DNA of 36,010 nucleotides from a virus: the UHGV virus genome UHGV-0022223; one strand, given 5' to 3'. This document shows, piece by piece, positions 15,538-26,939 of this stretch (positions are counted from its first letter, which is position 1; the number at the start of each line of letters is the position of its first letter). The notes beneath the pieces are model-generated. The model ran no database searches. It saw nothing but the letters and a program-made list of their open reading frames with translations, and was not told the origin of the DNA. The translations under genes were made by a program, and so were the position numbers.

Positions 15538-15703
15538 AGTTATCCCACCAAGCAGCGAGGCGCTGAACGGGATTTTTGCAGAGATTGAGCGTAAATATGC
15601 GCATCAACCACTGACGCCAAAAGTAATTGATGAAATGCAACGCGAAGCGGCGCGCCTTGTACGGCGAGCGACAAACACGAAGGTTACGTTCGTTCGGGAC
15701 TGA
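15518..15703 (+). CDS. Hypothetical small protein
   Basis: 61-aa ORF between the lysis and packaging genes; weak RBS. Confidence 0.35.
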   Translation: MARLNVEVIPPSSEALNGIFAEIERKYAHQPLTPKVIDEMQREAARLVRRATNTKVTFVRD

Positions 15704-15752
15704 CATTACAGAAGCCCTTCACACTGAGGGACTTCGATAATGTTAACAACTT

Positions 15753-16382
15753 ATGGAAACCATCATGGCATCGAAAAAGCTAACGGCGGAACAGCAGCGC
15801 CTTTTCGATGTGCTGACTCCGCTCCAGAAAAGATTCAGCTTAGCCATTATCAAGGGCAAGAATCAGACCGAGGCTTACCGCAAAGCAGGAGGGAAAGCGA
15901 AAGGGGACAACCTCCGCAAAGCTGCGCACGTAATTGCGACAAATTGCGACGTTCAGGCGTTCATTAAGTCTGTTCAAGGTGAAATCATCGACGAGGCCAT
16001 TATGACCCGCGAAGAAGCTCTTAAGCGTTTGTCTAAAATGGGCCGTGCTTCTATCGCCGATATCGCCGAGTTTAGTAACAGCATCGTGGGGGAGGATGAA
16101 GAAGGAAATCCTGTCTATCAAGCCGTCTGGAGCTTCAAGGATTCTTCCCTTCAGGACCCTGACGCGATGAGCGCAGTATCAGAGCTGATCTCAGGGAAAG
16201 ATGGTATCAAACTGAAGATGCACGACCCGAAGGCAGCAATAAAGCAGTTGGCTGAGTTGCAGGGGTGGGAAGCACCTAAGAAAACCGAACTGACTGGTGC
16301 GGAGGGCGGCCCGATCAAGACCGAGACGACCAACCTCACCGCAGATCAGGCCGCAGAGATTTACCGCAAGATGATGGGGTGA
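15753..16382 (+). CDS. Terminase small subunit (putative)
   Basis: 209 aa with N-terminal HTH-like region; directly precedes and overlaps the large terminase. Confidence 0.55.
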   Translation: METIMASKKLTAEQQRLFDVLTPLQKRFSLAIIKGKNQTEAYRKAGGKAKGDNLRKAAHVIATNCDVQAFIKSVQGEIIDEAIMTREEALKRLSKMGRASIADIAEFSNSIVGEDEEGNPVYQAVWSFKDSSLQDPDAMSAVSELISGKDGIKLKMHDPKAAIKQLAELQGWEAPKKTELTGAEGGPIKTETTNLTADQAAEIYRKMMG

Positions 16383-18007
16383 TCATGCCTCTCCCGTTTG
16401 AATTCGATTTCAGAAACCCTGATTACCAGATGGTTTTTGAATGGCGGATGGAGCGCTTACAGCGCATTCGCCAGAACCCTGAAATGCTGCCAGCGCTAAA
16501 GCAGTTTTATCGCACCAACCCGGCACAGTTCATCATCGACTGGGGTATGACTACTGACCCGCGTAACATCGATTATGGCCTGCCGGTCACCATCCCTTTT
16601 CTGCTGTTCCCGAAACAGGAAGAGTGGATTCACTGGATCATGGAGCGGCGCGAACGACTGGAGAACGGCATCACCGAAAAGAGCCGCGAAATGGGGCTCA
16701 GTTGGACCGCGATCGGGCTGGCCTGCTCGCTTTGTCTCTTCAACAAAGAAATGGTTATCGGTTTCGGCTCCCGTAAAGAGGAATACGTCGACAGCACCGG
16801 TGACCCGAAGGCGCTGTTCTGGAAGGCGCGAAAGTTCGTGGAAACACTGCCCATCGAGTTTCGTGGTTCGTGGGACGAGAAGAAGCATGCGCCGTATATG
16901 CGCGTTGAGTTTCCAGATACTGGCGCGGTTATCAAAGGCGAGGCTGGCGACAATATCGGACGTGGTGACCGTACCACGCTCTACCTGGTGGATGAAGCTG
17001 CATTCCTCCAGCGTCCTCTGTTGATTGATGCGGCGCTGTCGCAAACCACCCGTTGCCGTATTGACCTGAGCTCGGTTAATGGCATGGCGAACCCGTTCGC
17101 GCAGAAGCGCCACGGCGGAAAAATACCAGTATTCACGTTCCACTGGCGAGATGACCCGCGCAAGGATGAAGAGTGGTATCGCAGGGAGTGCGAGAAAATC
17201 GACAATCCGGTGGTGGTGGCGCAGGAACTTGACCTGAACTACAGCGCATCAGCGGAAGGCGTCCTGATCCCGTCCGACTGGGTACAGGCTGCCGTCGACG
17301 CGCATATCAAACTTGGTATTCAGCCAACGGGCAAGCGACTGGGCGCGATGGACGTCGCCGACGAAGGCCGGGACAAAAATGCCTTTTCGACCCGTCACGG
17401 CTTCCTTCTGGAGAACGTGCGTGAATGGTCCGGCGTTGGCAGCGACATTTACCAGTCTGTTGAGAAGGTCTTCGGCTTTTGCGAACAGGACAACCTCGAA
17501 GAGTTTCGCTTCGACGAGGACGGTCTGGGTGCTGGCGTTCGCGGCGATGCGCGCGCCATCAACGAACTGCGTAACGCTGCGCGACGACCGTCAATACTCG
17601 CCACACCGTTTCGTGGTAGCGGCGCGGTATTTGATCCGGACGATGAAGCGGTGCGCGGGGACAACGGACAGGCCGCACGCCTGAACAAGGACTTCTTCGC
17701 CAACGCCAAGGCCCAAAGCTGGTGGTGGCTACGCAAGCTTTTCCAGAACACCTATCGCGCCGTGGTTGAGGGCATGGCCTACAACCCGGACGAAATCATC
17801 TCAATCAGCAGCGCCATGGCGAGCAAAGACAAACTCATCATTGAGCTGTCGCAGCCGACCTACTCCATTAATGGCGTGGGGAAAATCGTTGTTGATAAAC
17901 AGCCTGATGGCACCAAGTCGCCGAACCTCGCCGACTCGGTGATGATCAGCTACGCGCCAATGAATTCAGCCCTGAACATCTGGGAGCTGCTAGGGAGACA
18001 GGCCTGA
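16379..18007 (+). CDS. Terminase large subunit
   Basis: 542 aa; deviant Walker A-like KSREMGLS and Walker [10 protein letters not shown]; ATGA overlap with the preceding gene. Confidence 0.8.
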   Translation: MIMPLPFEFDFRNPDYQMVFEWRMERLQRIRQNPEMLPALKQFYRTNPAQFIIDWGMTTDPRNIDYGLPVTIPFLLFPKQEEWIHWIMERRERLENGITEKSREMGLSWTAIGLACSLCLFNKEMVIGFGSRKEEYVDSTGDPKALFWKARKFVETLPIEFRGSWDEKKHAPYMRVEFPDTGAVIKGEAGDNIGRGDRTTLYLVDEAAFLQRPLLIDAALSQTTRCRIDLSSVNGMANPFAQKRHGGKIPVFTFHWRDDPRKDEEWYRRECEKIDNPVVVAQELDLNYSASAEGVLIPSDWVQAAVDAHIKLGIQPTGKRLGAMDVADEGRDKNAFSTRHGFLLENVREWSGVGSDIYQSVEKVFGFCEQDNLEEFRFDEDGLGAGVRGDARAINELRNAARRPSILATPFRGSGAVFDPDDEAVRGDNGQAARLNKDFFANAKAQSWWWLRKLFQNTYRAVVEGMAYNPDEIISISSAMASKDKLIIELSQPTYSINGVGKIVVDKQPDGTKSPNLADSVMISYAPMNSALNIWELLGRQA

Positions 18008-19476
18008 TGGCACGAAACAAGCAATCCTCTCAGCGAACGGCACAGGCCACCGCTGACGGCTACGAGAACTTCGTCGCCCGCGTTGGGATGCAGACGCCTA
18101 ACCAGCATTCAGCATCGACCTACCGGGCGAACTTCACCAGCCGCAACCGCATGCTGGTGGAATGGTCATATCGCGGTTCGTGGGTTATCGGTGAAGCGGT
18201 CGACGCTATCCCGGACGATATGACCAGAAAGGGCATTCGCATCACTTCGGAGATTGACGCCAAAGACCGTGGCACCCTCGAAGCGCAACTGGATGAGTTG
18301 CAGATCTGGGATGCGCTGAACGACGTGCTGAAATGGTCGCGCCTCTACGGCGGCGCGGTCGGCTTCATCATGATCGAGGGGCAAGCACCAATGACCCCGC
18401 TGCGACTCGAAACCATTGGCGAGGGCAAGTTTAAGGGCATTCTCCCGCTCGACCGCTGGATGATTAACCCGGTGCTGACACGCCGCATTAAAGAGATGGG
18501 GCCGGACCTCGGCAAGCCTGAGTTTTACGACGTGGTGACCACCGCAACGGGCATTCCGGCCTGGCGCATCCATCACAGCCGCCTGATCCGCTTTGATGGC
18601 GTCACGCTGCCATTCCAGCAGAAGATGACCGAAAACGAATGGGGAATGTCGGTTGTAGAGCGTATCTGGGATCGGCTTACTGCGTTCGATAGCGCTACTG
18701 TCGGCGCGGCGCAGCTGGTCTATAAAGCGCATCTGCGTACCTATAGCGTGGAGAAGTTGCGCGAGCTTATCGCGCTTGGAGGCCCGGCGTTCGAAGCGTT
18801 GCTGAAGAACATCGACCTGATCCGCCAGTTCCAGAGCAATGAAGGTATGACGCTCATGGACTCGCGGGATAAGTTCGAAACCCACCAGTACAGCTTTAGT
18901 GGTCTGGATGACATTCTTTCGCAGTTTGCTGAGCAGATCAGCGGTGCCGTTGGTATCCCGCTGGTACGCCTGTTCGGTCAATCCCCGAAAGGCTTCTCTA
19001 CTGGTGATGCGGACCTCGCCAACTATTACGACCGGGTGAGCTCATTGCAGGAGCGCCGCTTACGGCTGCCGATGCGCCGGATACTGGACATTATGCACCG
19101 CTCGGAACTCGGAAAGCCGCTGCCGGACGATTTCACGTTTGAGTTTAACCCGCTATGGCAAATGTCAGACGTTGACCGATCAACGGTGGCCGTAAACACC
19201 ACCAACGCGATCAGTACCGCGCTGGGCGACGGATTGATGACGCGTAAGGCGGCGATGACCGACCTGCGCGAAAACTCTGACGTCACCGGCATCGGGGCAT
19301 CCATTACCGACGAGGATATCGAGAATGCCGAAGACGAAGCGCCGCCAGGCATCGGCGAACTTGGCGACAAACCGCCAGAGTCGCCAGGCGGAGATCCGAT
19401 ATCGAACGAGCCTACGGCAGATAGCGCGGGCGGTCGGGGATATCGTAAATGGTCGCTACGATGGTTCAAACGATAG
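18007..19476 (+). CDS. Portal protein
   Basis: 489 aa directly after the large terminase, with an acidic low-complexity C-terminal tail. Confidence 0.7.
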   Translation: MARNKQSSQRTAQATADGYENFVARVGMQTPNQHSASTYRANFTSRNRMLVEWSYRGSWVIGEAVDAIPDDMTRKGIRITSEIDAKDRGTLEAQLDELQIWDALNDVLKWSRLYGGAVGFIMIEGQAPMTPLRLETIGEGKFKGILPLDRWMINPVLTRRIKEMGPDLGKPEFYDVVTTATGIPAWRIHHSRLIRFDGVTLPFQQKMTENEWGMSVVERIWDRLTAFDSATVGAAQLVYKAHLRTYSVEKLRELIALGGPAFEALLKNIDLIRQFQSNEGMTLMDSRDKFETHQYSFSGLDDILSQFAEQISGAVGIPLVRLFGQSPKGFSTGDADLANYYDRVSSLQERRLRLPMRRILDIMHRSELGKPLPDDFTFEFNPLWQMSDVDRSTVAVNTTNAISTALGDGLMTRKAAMTDLRENSDVTGIGASITDEDIENAEDEAPPGIGELGDKPPESPGGDPISNEPTADSAGGRGYRKWSLRWFKR

Positions 19477-20098
19477 TGTCACCGAAATAATGGATGCGCT
19501 GGAGCGCTACAGCGAAATCATCACCCCCTGGGCGACGAAGGTTGCTGAGAACTTTACCGCCGACATTGCACGCCAGAATGAAAAGCAGTGGCGTCAGCAC
19601 AGCCGGAACATCAGCGCAGAGCTGCGCAACATGGTCGACCGCGCCCCGGTAGGCCAGGTGATGAAATCCATCGTCGCCGAGCAAATTAAGTACATCAAAT
19701 CGCTGCCTCTTGAGGCCGCCGATCGGGTGTATGACATTCAGAACAAAGCCATCGAGGCCGTTGTGACTGGTGGCCGCGCTGAGCCATTCGCGAAAGAGAT
19801 AGCTGCGTCCGGTGACGTGTCACGCTCACGAGCGAACCTTATCGCCCGTACCGAGCTTGGACGCGCAACCGGCGCGCTGGATCAGGCGCGTGCGCTGTCA
19901 ATCGGCTCGAATGGTTATATCTGGCGTACAGCCGAAGATGGCGACGTCCGGCACTCTCATCGTGAGATGGAGGGCAAGTTTGTCGAATGGGGCCGACCCC
20001 CTACGCTTGACGGCATGACCGGTCATGCTGGCGAGCTCCCGAACTGTCGCTGTTACAAAGAGATCGTCTTCCCCAACCCTCATTCTTATCTCGCCTGA
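19325..20098 (+). CDS. Head morphogenesis protein, Mu F / SPP1 gp7 family
   Basis: ATG with RBS GAGGA overlaps the portal 3' end by about 150 nt; protein family assigned from memory; true start could be the internal ATG near 19490. Confidence 0.65.
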   Translation: MPKTKRRQASANLATNRQSRQAEIRYRTSLRQIARAVGDIVNGRYDGSNDSVTEIMDALERYSEIITPWATKVAENFTADIARQNEKQWRQHSRNISAELRNMVDRAPVGQVMKSIVAEQIKYIKSLPLEAADRVYDIQNKAIEAVVTGGRAEPFAKEIAASGDVSRSRANLIARTELGRATGALDQARALSIGSNGYIWRTAEDGDVRHSHREMEGKFVEWGRPPTLDGMTGHAGELPNCRCYKEIVFPNPHSYLA

Positions 20099-20112
20099 AT
20101 CGCAGGTAAACC

Positions 20113-21333
20113 ATGAAATATTTTTTCAATACCCGGCTGGGGGAAACCCGCTATCAGCTGGCTGACGGCTCTCTGTTGTGCAAAGACGTGCCGATAGGAC
20201 GAACAGGTAAGCAGCTCTATGGTGCTGATGACCTGCCAAAACTGAAACCCGATAAGTTTGGTGAAATAGTCGTCACGCGTTCTCCTGAGCAGGTATTCCA
20301 TCCCGCCACGCTTGCCTCATTCGAAGGGATGAGCATCACGGTGTTGCATCCCGAGGATGAAAACGGGGATGTGCGGCTGGTGAATCCAGAGAACTGGAAA
20401 GAGCTCGCGGTCGGGCATCTTCAGAATGTCCGGCGCGGGGCGGGTGTGCAGTCTGATTTGATGCTGGCTGACCTTATCGTCAAAGACGAAAACGCCATTC
20501 AGCTGATCGAAGATGGCCTGCGCGAAGTGTCGTGTGGCTATGACGCGGAATATAAACAGGCTGAGCCGGGTAAGGCTCAGCAGGTCGATATTACCGGAAA
20601 CCATGTGGCTCTTGTCCCTAAAGGCAGAGCCGGAAATCGTTGTGCAATTGGAGACAGAGACACAATGGCAAATCAAAAGAAAAGCTGGTGGACCCGCATG
20701 CGCACGGCCATCAAAACGGGTGACGCTGACACCATGAACGAACTGGTGGAGTCGGCTCCCGCATCGGTTACAGGAGATGAGGGGGATTTGCCGCAGGGCG
20801 TTAATCTCAACATCAACCTGTCCCCGCAGCAACCACTACCGGACAAAGCACCAGAGATGGGTGGAGGTCCAACCGGCGACAGTGATGATGACCTCAAAAC
20901 ATTACTCAAAGCCCTGCTGGCTAAGCTGGAAGGAAATGCGACGGGCGATAACGACAATAAGCCTGACGATAATCCGACCGGTGACGGCGAGGACGATGAA
21001 GAGGAAACCACGATTACTGGTGACTCAGCCTGGCGTGCCGAGGTTATCGTTCCGGGTATCGATCTGAGCCGTAAGGTGAAACCGACCGCGTTCAAACGTG
21101 ATGTGCTGTCCGCCGCTGACAAAACACTGGTTCGCCAGGTTGTCGGTGATGCGGATATACGCAAATTGCCCAAGCAATCGGTCGATATGGCGTTTAACGC
21201 CGTGTCTGAGATTGCCAAAGGGCGAAACACCCGCAGCACCACGGGCGATGCACAACGTCCAAATATGGGCATGACCAGCATCGCTTCCCTGAACAAACAA
21301 AACGCCGACTTCTGGTCTAACCGCAAAGGATAA
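20113..21333 (+). CDS. Putative head scaffold / maturation protein
   Basis: 406 aa with an acidic low-complexity central region (DSDDD, GDGEDDEEE); sits between the F-like and capsid genes. Confidence 0.5.
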   Translation: MKYFFNTRLGETRYQLADGSLLCKDVPIGRTGKQLYGADDLPKLKPDKFGEIVVTRSPEQVFHPATLASFEGMSITVLHPEDENGDVRLVNPENWKELAVGHLQNVRRGAGVQSDLMLADLIVKDENAIQLIEDGLREVSCGYDAEYKQAEPGKAQQVDITGNHVALVPKGRAGNRCAIGDRDTMANQKKSWWTRMRTAIKTGDADTMNELVESAPASVTGDEGDLPQGVNLNINLSPQQPLPDKAPEMGGGPTGDSDDDLKTLLKALLAKLEGNATGDNDNKPDDNPTGDGEDDEEETTITGDSAWRAEVIVPGIDLSRKVKPTAFKRDVLSAADKTLVRQVVGDADIRKLPKQSVDMAFNAVSEIAKGRNTRSTTGDAQRPNMGMTSIASLNKQNADFWSNRKG

Positions 21334-21337
21334 TCCA

Positions 21338-21841
21338 ATGACTGCATATCTGTACCGGATGCCTGTTGGCATTGCCGGGGCTATCTCTCGCCCGCAGGAC
21401 TTAACCGTCGAACCGGTGATCCTTAAATCCGCTAACGCCTTCGCTGCCTATGGTCTGGCTGGCAAATATGACGCTGACGGCTTTTTCGTGCCGCTGGCGG
21501 ACGGTGACACCGCCGACAAGGTGAAGGGGATCTACGTTCGTCCGTATCCGACCACATCGCAGCCAGACATGGTTCGCCAGGTGGGGACGGATAAGAACTT
21601 CCCGGGTGACGCCATGAAGCGTGGCTACATGACCGTTAGTCTCGGTTCTGATTTTGATGCCAGCACCATCAAAAAAGGCGACCCGGTATACGTTGTCGTC
21701 TCCACTGATGAATCCATCAAAGTGCCGCTGGGCGGTTTCATGTCCACGTCCGTCAGTGGCAAAAACGTGGCGCTGACCAACGCCGAATTCACAGGGGCCG
21801 GTGACGCTAACGGCAATGCAGAAATTTCCTGGAAGATTTAA
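21338..21841 (+). CDS. Head structural / decoration-like protein
   Basis: 167-aa ORF immediately upstream of the major capsid gene. Confidence 0.45.
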   Translation: MTAYLYRMPVGIAGAISRPQDLTVEPVILKSANAFAAYGLAGKYDADGFFVPLADGDTADKVKGIYVRPYPTTSQPDMVRQVGTDKNFPGDAMKRGYMTVSLGSDFDASTIKKGDPVYVVVSTDESIKVPLGGFMSTSVSGKNVALTNAEFTGAGDANGNAEISWKI

Positions 21842-21852
21842 GGAACAGACGA

Positions 21853-22794
21853 ATGATTACTTTTGATCAGGCAACCGTTGACAGCTCTGGTGCCTTTCTC
21901 ATCGGAGAGCTGGAGCGACTCGACCAGACTCTGAACCTGCCACTGGTGGGGTACACATGGACCCGCGATATTCAGTTGCGTGAAGATGTCTCTATCGCAG
22001 ATGACATTTCCAGCTGGACGAATACCAGCTTCGCCGCTGCGGGTACTGGTGCAAATCCGAATGGCAAAAACTGGGTAGGCAAAGACTCAACCGCTATTGC
22101 TGGCGTAAACGTGGATATCGGCAAATCCGGTAACCCGCTGAATCTCTGGGGCATGGAACTGGGCTGGACCGTTGTAGAGCTGGCAGCAGCTCAGCAGGTA
22201 GGTCGCCCGATTGACACCCAGAAGTACGACGGGATGCAGCTCAAATGGCAGATGGACAACGACGAGCAGGTGTATGTTGGCGATTCCGCATTAAACCTGA
22301 AAGGCCTTGTTACCCTGAACGGTGTTCCTGTCAACAACGCTGCCAAAACGTGGGCAACCTCAACACCGGACGAAATCCGCGCAAGCATTAACCAGGTGCT
22401 GTCTGATGCGTGGGCCGCTTCCGGTTACTCTGTGGTTCCGCGTGATTTGCTGATCCCGCCAGAGCAGTTTGCTCTGTTGTCCAGCATCATCGTTTCATCT
22501 GCGGGTAACCAGTCCCTGTTGACGTACCTTCAGACCAACACCATCAGCTATCACCAGAACGGTGTTCCGCTGAATATCCGCGCGGTTAAATGGCTGAAAG
22601 GCCGTGGTGTGGGGAATAAGGATCGCATGGTTGCGTACACCAACGATAAAAAATACGTCCGCTATCCGCTGGTGCCGTTGCAGAGCGTTCCTATCCAGTA
22701 TCGCGGTCTGTATCAGATTGCGACCTACTACGGCAAGCTGGGTGCGGTTGAGCCAGTGTACAAAGAAACCATTTCGTACGTTGATGGCATTTAA
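21853..22794 (+). CDS. Major capsid protein
   Basis: 313-aa ORF with strong RBS (AAGGAACAGACGAATG), in the expected position and size range. Confidence 0.65.
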   Translation: MITFDQATVDSSGAFLIGELERLDQTLNLPLVGYTWTRDIQLREDVSIADDISSWTNTSFAAAGTGANPNGKNWVGKDSTAIAGVNVDIGKSGNPLNLWGMELGWTVVELAAAQQVGRPIDTQKYDGMQLKWQMDNDEQVYVGDSALNLKGLVTLNGVPVNNAAKTWATSTPDEIRASINQVLSDAWAASGYSVVPRDLLIPPEQFALLSSIIVSSAGNQSLLTYLQTNTISYHQNGVPLNIRAVKWLKGRGVGNKDRMVAYTNDKKYVRYPLVPLQSVPIQYRGLYQIATYYGKLGAVEPVYKETISYVDGI

Positions 22795-22835
22795 CAGCCA
22801 CATGGCCCCCTGGCGGGGCCATTAAGGATGACCAG

Positions 22836-23057
22836 ATGGCAAAAAATAATGCAGTAATACACGTATATACCCCGTTTGTGCTCACGCTTCCCGACGGTTC
22901 GCGGCGCGAGTTTGTTAAAGGCCGTCATGCAGTGGAGGAAGACGTTGCCACGCACTGGTTCACTCGTGCGCACGCGGAAGTATCCGTTGGCAAAGCCACA
23001 GACGCGCGTAACGAGGTAAAAAATGCCAAAGAATCAAAGTCTGCCAGCGGTAAGTGA
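22836..23057 (+). CDS. Small head-associated protein
   Basis: 73-aa ORF after the capsid gene. Confidence 0.4.
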   Translation: MAKNNAVIHVYTPFVLTLPDGSRREFVKGRHAVEEDVATHWFTRAHAEVSVGKATDARNEVKNAKESKSASGK

Positions 23058-23430
23058 TTTTCGCCGCGACTTCCCGCAGTTTGCTGACCCTGCCAAATAT
23101 CCCGAAGCGCAAATCCAGTTTCGTCTGAATCTGGCCGATGAACTGCTGAGCGAAAACGTCACCGGCAAAGATTTGTTTCCGTACTTTGCCGGGTTGTTCG
23201 TGGCTCACTACATGACGCTATGGGCGGCAGATAGTCGGGCAATGCTGGTTGGCGGCCCGGGCGGTTCAACCAATGGTGTTCAATCCTCCAAGTCTGTTGA
23301 CAAGGTAAGCGTCAGCTATGACACCAGCGCGACGCTAAACCCTGACGCAGGCTTCTGGAATAACACCCGATATGGCGCTGAATTTTATCAGCTGATCACG
23401 ATGTTCGGTGCGGGCGGTCGCCAGCTATGA
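23023..23430 (+). CDS. Head-tail connector-like protein
   Basis: 135-aa ORF in the head-tail joining block; overlaps its neighbours. Confidence 0.45.
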   Translation: MPKNQSLPAVSDFRRDFPQFADPAKYPEAQIQFRLNLADELLSENVTGKDLFPYFAGLFVAHYMTLWAADSRAMLVGGPGGSTNGVQSSKSVDKVSVSYDTSATLNPDAGFWNNTRYGAEFYQLITMFGAGGRQL

Positions 23431-23981
23431 GCTTCAAAAGCGGTGTAACAACGAGGGTGGATAACGCTCAGGCCATTCTGGATGCGCTCAAATCCATCAG
23501 TAAAAAAGAAGTGCTGGTGGGTATCCCGGAAGCAGACAGCGAGCGGGATGATGTTCCGTTTGGTAATGCCGGGATCGGTTACGTCAACGAATACGGCTCA
23601 CCAGCGCAAAACATACCCCCACGCCCGCACCTGATCCCCGGCGTTAAATCCGTAGAGGAACAGACGGTGCCGCAACTCAAAGCAGCGGCGCAGGCTGCGC
23701 TTGATGGAAATGCGGCGGGTGCGGAAAGAGCCCTCAACCAGGCTGGCACGCTGGCCGCTAATGGTGTCAGGCGGTACATGACCATTACCGGCTTTACGCC
23801 GCTTGCTGACAGCACCGTTGAAGCCCGCGCGCGTCGAGGGCGTAAAGGGGCGAAAGCGGAGCTTGCCCGACGCGCTGCTGGCGAGTCCCCCGGAACCGAT
23901 CTGGTGAAACCGCTAATCGACACCGGGCAATATCGCAGAGCCATTACCCATGTTGTGAGGGATAAAGATGCCTACTCTTGA
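23427..23981 (+). CDS. Head-tail adaptor / tail completion protein
   Basis: 184-aa ORF, translationally coupled to its neighbours. Confidence 0.45.
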   Translation: MSFKSGVTTRVDNAQAILDALKSISKKEVLVGIPEADSERDDVPFGNAGIGYVNEYGSPAQNIPPRPHLIPGVKSVEEQTVPQLKAAAQAALDGNAAGAERALNQAGTLAANGVRRYMTITGFTPLADSTVEARARRGRKGAKAELARRAAGESPGTDLVKPLIDTGQYRRAITHVVRDKDAYS

Positions 23982-24357
23982 TGTAACAGACGTGCTTTTT
24001 GACCCCGATTTTTGCGACTTCAACCTGTGGGTAACGCGTCGCGCGCAAACGGTGGACGAGGACGGGATCGGCAGCGACAGCGAAGTTAAAACGCAGTTTT
24101 CCGGGGTTGTTACCGTTGACCGCTCTCTGGAAAACCGCCGCATGCAGGCCGGGCAGGTTATCAGCGGCGCGATTCTTATCGTGACAACTGAGCGGCTGAC
24201 ACAGGGGCAGGCTGGCCGTGATGCCGATATCGTGACGTATCAGAACCGTGATTATCGTGTGACGTTCGTCGACCCGTATACCGCTTACGGTGCTGGCTTC
24301 GTCCAGGCGCATTGCGAACTGTTGCCGTTTGATGGGGGAACTCCCATTGAGCAATAA
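23968..24357 (+). CDS. Neck / tail terminator-like protein
   Basis: 129-aa ORF overlapping the previous gene. Confidence 0.45.
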   Translation: MPTLDVTDVLFDPDFCDFNLWVTRRAQTVDEDGIGSDSEVKTQFSGVVTVDRSLENRRMQAGQVISGAILIVTTERLTQGQAGRDADIVTYQNRDYRVTFVDPYTAYGAGFVQAHCELLPFDGGTPIEQ

Positions 24358-24895
24358 CACCAGCACAGAGCGCGGCTGGCTGGCACCCACCAGCGGCGAT
24401 CCGGCTTATGACGAAGCGCTCGACAGGCTGCTAAGCCAGTGGATGCGCAATGTTTCCGGCTTGCCGTCTGGAATGGTTCGTCCGCGCTGGCAGAAAAATC
24501 AGCCGCCACTGCCACCCGTTGAAACGAACTGGTGCGCGTTTGGCGTTACCGGGTTGCTCATTGATAACAACCCTGCATTCACCGGGCAGACTGAAGAGGG
24601 CGCTCAGCTCTGGAGGCATGAAACGTTCGAGTGCATGGCGTCGTTCTATGGTCCGGCTGGTATGTCTTATGCGTCCCGTTTTCGCGATGGTATATCTGTC
24701 CCGCAAAACAATGCTGAGCTGAACGCGCTCGGTTTATCCCTTGGCGACTATACCGCTCTGACCCCTTTCCCCGAACTTATCAACCAGCAATGGGTTCGCC
24801 GTTACGACATGACGGTGCGACTGCGCCGGAAGGTTGTCCGCGAGTATGGCATCAAATCGCTGGCGGAAGTGCCAGTCACCTTTTTTGGAGAATAA
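24332..24895 (+). CDS. Tail-associated protein (start uncertain)
   Basis: Track ORF 24290..24895; first plausible ATG at 24332, still overlapping the upstream gene. Confidence 0.45.
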   Translation: MGELPLSNNTSTERGWLAPTSGDPAYDEALDRLLSQWMRNVSGLPSGMVRPRWQKNQPPLPPVETNWCAFGVTGLLIDNNPAFTGQTEEGAQLWRHETFECMASFYGPAGMSYASRFRDGISVPQNNAELNALGLSLGDYTALTPFPELINQQWVRRYDMTVRLRRKVVREYGIKSLAEVPVTFFGE

Positions 24896-24898
24896 ACT

Positions 24899-26059
24899 AT
24901 GACGCAGGGCTTACCTGTATCCAACGTTGTAAACGTTGATGTGATCATCTCGCCGAAAGCGGCTACTGGTCGTAACTTCGGCGCGCTGCTGATCCTTGGT
25001 TCTTCCACTGTCATTCCGGTGCAGGAGCGCGTTCGCCTTTATGCGTCCGTTGAGGGCATTGGCGAGGACTTCGGAGTCGACAGCCCGGAATATGAAGCGG
25101 CGCAGGTTTTCTTCAGCCAGTCGCCGAAGCCGACGCAGGTTTATGTTGGCCGCTGGGCGAAGACGCTGACCTCTTCCGAAGGTGGAAGCGTGGAAACCAT
25201 TGTGCAAGCTGTTAATGCCTGCCTGCAATATACCAACTGGTATGGGCTGGTTGTCGCTGATGATGTTGCTGATGGCGGTGATGTGCTTGATGCTGACGAC
25301 GTGATTGAGGTTGCTAAACTCATCGAAGCGTCCAGTCTGAGCCGCATTTTCGGGGTAACATCTGCCGACGCCGAGATTATCAGCACGACTTCGACGACCG
25401 ATGTTGCGTCGAAATTAAAGGCTGGCAAGTATTCCCGTACCTTTATTCAATATTCCACCAGCAGCCCTTATGCGGCGGTTTCAGCTTTCGGTCGCGCGTT
25501 TACTGTCAATTTCAACGGCAGCAATACTACCATTACCCTGAAATTCAAACAGGAACCGAGCGTAACCTACGAAACACTGACGGTAGGCCAGGCTGCGGCT
25601 GTGGATGCGAAGAATGCGAACGTGTTCGTGTACTACGCCAACGACACGGCGATCCTGCAACAGGGCGTCATGGCGAACGGTGACTTCTTCGACGAGCGCC
25701 ACGGGCTCGACTGGTTGCAGAACTACGTTCAGACCAACCTCTATAACCTGCTTTACACCAGCACCACCAAAATTCCGCAGACTGATGCCGGTGTTACCCG
25801 TCTGCTTTCCAACGTTGAACAGTCCATGGATCAGTCCGTCACGAACGGTCTGATAGCTGCTGGCGTGTGGAATGGTGGCCCTATCGGACAGCTGAATTCC
25901 GGCGATACGCTGACCAAAGGCTATTACGTGTATGCGCAACCGCTGTCCGAACAGGCGCAGGCCGACCGCGAAGGGCGCAAAGCACCGTTAATCCAGGTGG
26001 CCTGTAAGCTGGCTGGCGCAGTTCATTATGCCGATGTGCAGATCAACGTGGTTCGCTAA
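24899..26059 (+). CDS. Tail sheath protein
   Basis: 386 aa immediately upstream of the tube, chaperone and tape-measure genes, as in contractile tails. Confidence 0.65.
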   Translation: MTQGLPVSNVVNVDVIISPKAATGRNFGALLILGSSTVIPVQERVRLYASVEGIGEDFGVDSPEYEAAQVFFSQSPKPTQVYVGRWAKTLTSSEGGSVETIVQAVNACLQYTNWYGLVVADDVADGGDVLDADDVIEVAKLIEASSLSRIFGVTSADAEIISTTSTTDVASKLKAGKYSRTFIQYSTSSPYAAVSAFGRAFTVNFNGSNTTITLKFKQEPSVTYETLTVGQAAAVDAKNANVFVYYANDTAILQQGVMANGDFFDERHGLDWLQNYVQTNLYNLLYTSTTKIPQTDAGVTRLLSNVEQSMDQSVTNGLIAAGVWNGGPIGQLNSGDTLTKGYYVYAQPLSEQAQADREGRKAPLIQVACKLAGAVHYADVQINVVR

Positions 26060-26069
26060 GGAGCGATAA

Positions 26070-26510
26070 ATGGCAACTTATTCTTTTCTCGATGTAACCG
26101 CGTCGCTCACCGGGCCGACCGGCGTTATCGATCTTGGTCAGGGTTCTGCGAACTCTGAGGAAGGTATCACCCAGACCATGGGCGGCAACAAAAACACCAT
26201 GACCATCGGTGCCGATGGCGAGGTGATGCACAGCCTGCACGCCGATAAGTCAGGCACCATTACGGTGACGCTACTCAAAACCTCTCCGGTGAATAAAAAG
26301 CTGTCTCTGGCGTATAACGCGCAAAGCCAGTCCTCTGCCACCTGGGGCAATAACGTGATCGTCATTCGCAACACGGCATCGGGTGATATTTCTACTGCAC
26401 GTTCGTGTGCATTCCAGAAACAGCCTGATTTCAATAACGCTAAAGAGGGCGGAACCGTCGCATGGGTATTCGACTGCGGCAAGATTGACCAGCTTCTCGG
26501 GGAGTTTTAA
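26070..26510 (+). CDS. Tail tube protein
   Basis: 146 aa between the sheath and chaperone genes; RBS AAGGAG. Confidence 0.65.
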   Translation: MATYSFLDVTASLTGPTGVIDLGQGSANSEEGITQTMGGNKNTMTIGADGEVMHSLHADKSGTITVTLLKTSPVNKKLSLAYNAQSQSSATWGNNVIVIRNTASGDISTARSCAFQKQPDFNNAKEGGTVAWVFDCGKIDQLLGEF

Positions 26511-26513
26511 CGC

Positions 26514-26939
26514 ATGGAATTCGAAATTAAAGGCGTGAAATATCGCACCGCAAAGCTCAGCGTTTTCGAACAGCTGAAGGTGTCCCGCAAGCTGTTGCCG
26601 GTTCTGGCCGGGATGGTTTCTGACTTCCGGAGCGTTCAGGAGAAGATCAGCAGCAAAGACACCGAAGGCGCGATGGCTACCATCCTGCCAAAGATTGCCA
26701 ATGCTGTGTCCGATCTGAGTGATGGCGACGTGGACGCTATCCTGTTCCCCTGTCTTTCCGTTGTTTCACGCGAGCACATGAAAGGCTGGGTGCCGGTCTG
26801 CCAGCATGGCGAAATGGCGTTTGACGATATCGACCTGCTGACCATGCTGCAACTGGTGGCGCGGGTGGTCGCCGACTCTCTGGGAAATTTTTTGCAAGGA
26901 CTCCCTACCAGCGAGACGCCCACCCCGCCAGCGGAATAA
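26514..26939 (+). CDS. Tail assembly chaperone (G-like, unshifted product)
   Basis: 141-aa ORF directly upstream of the tape measure; slippery heptamer near its 3' end. Confidence 0.6.
   Translation: MEFEIKGVKYRTAKLSVFEQLKVSRKLLPVLAGMVSDFRSVQEKISSKDTEGAMATILPKIANAVSDLSDGDVDAILFPCLSVVSREHMKGWVPVCQHGEMAFDDIDLLTMLQLVARVVADSLGNFLQGLPTSETPTPPAE

Noticed and set aside
16496-17143. 215-aa minus-strand ORF inside the large terminase gene
   Set aside because: Antisense to a well-supported terminase gene; no independent signals.
20673-21347. 224-aa minus-strand ORF antisense to the scaffold-like gene
   Set aside because: Low-complexity Ser/Pro-rich translation mirroring the acidic repeats of the sense gene; an antisense artefact.
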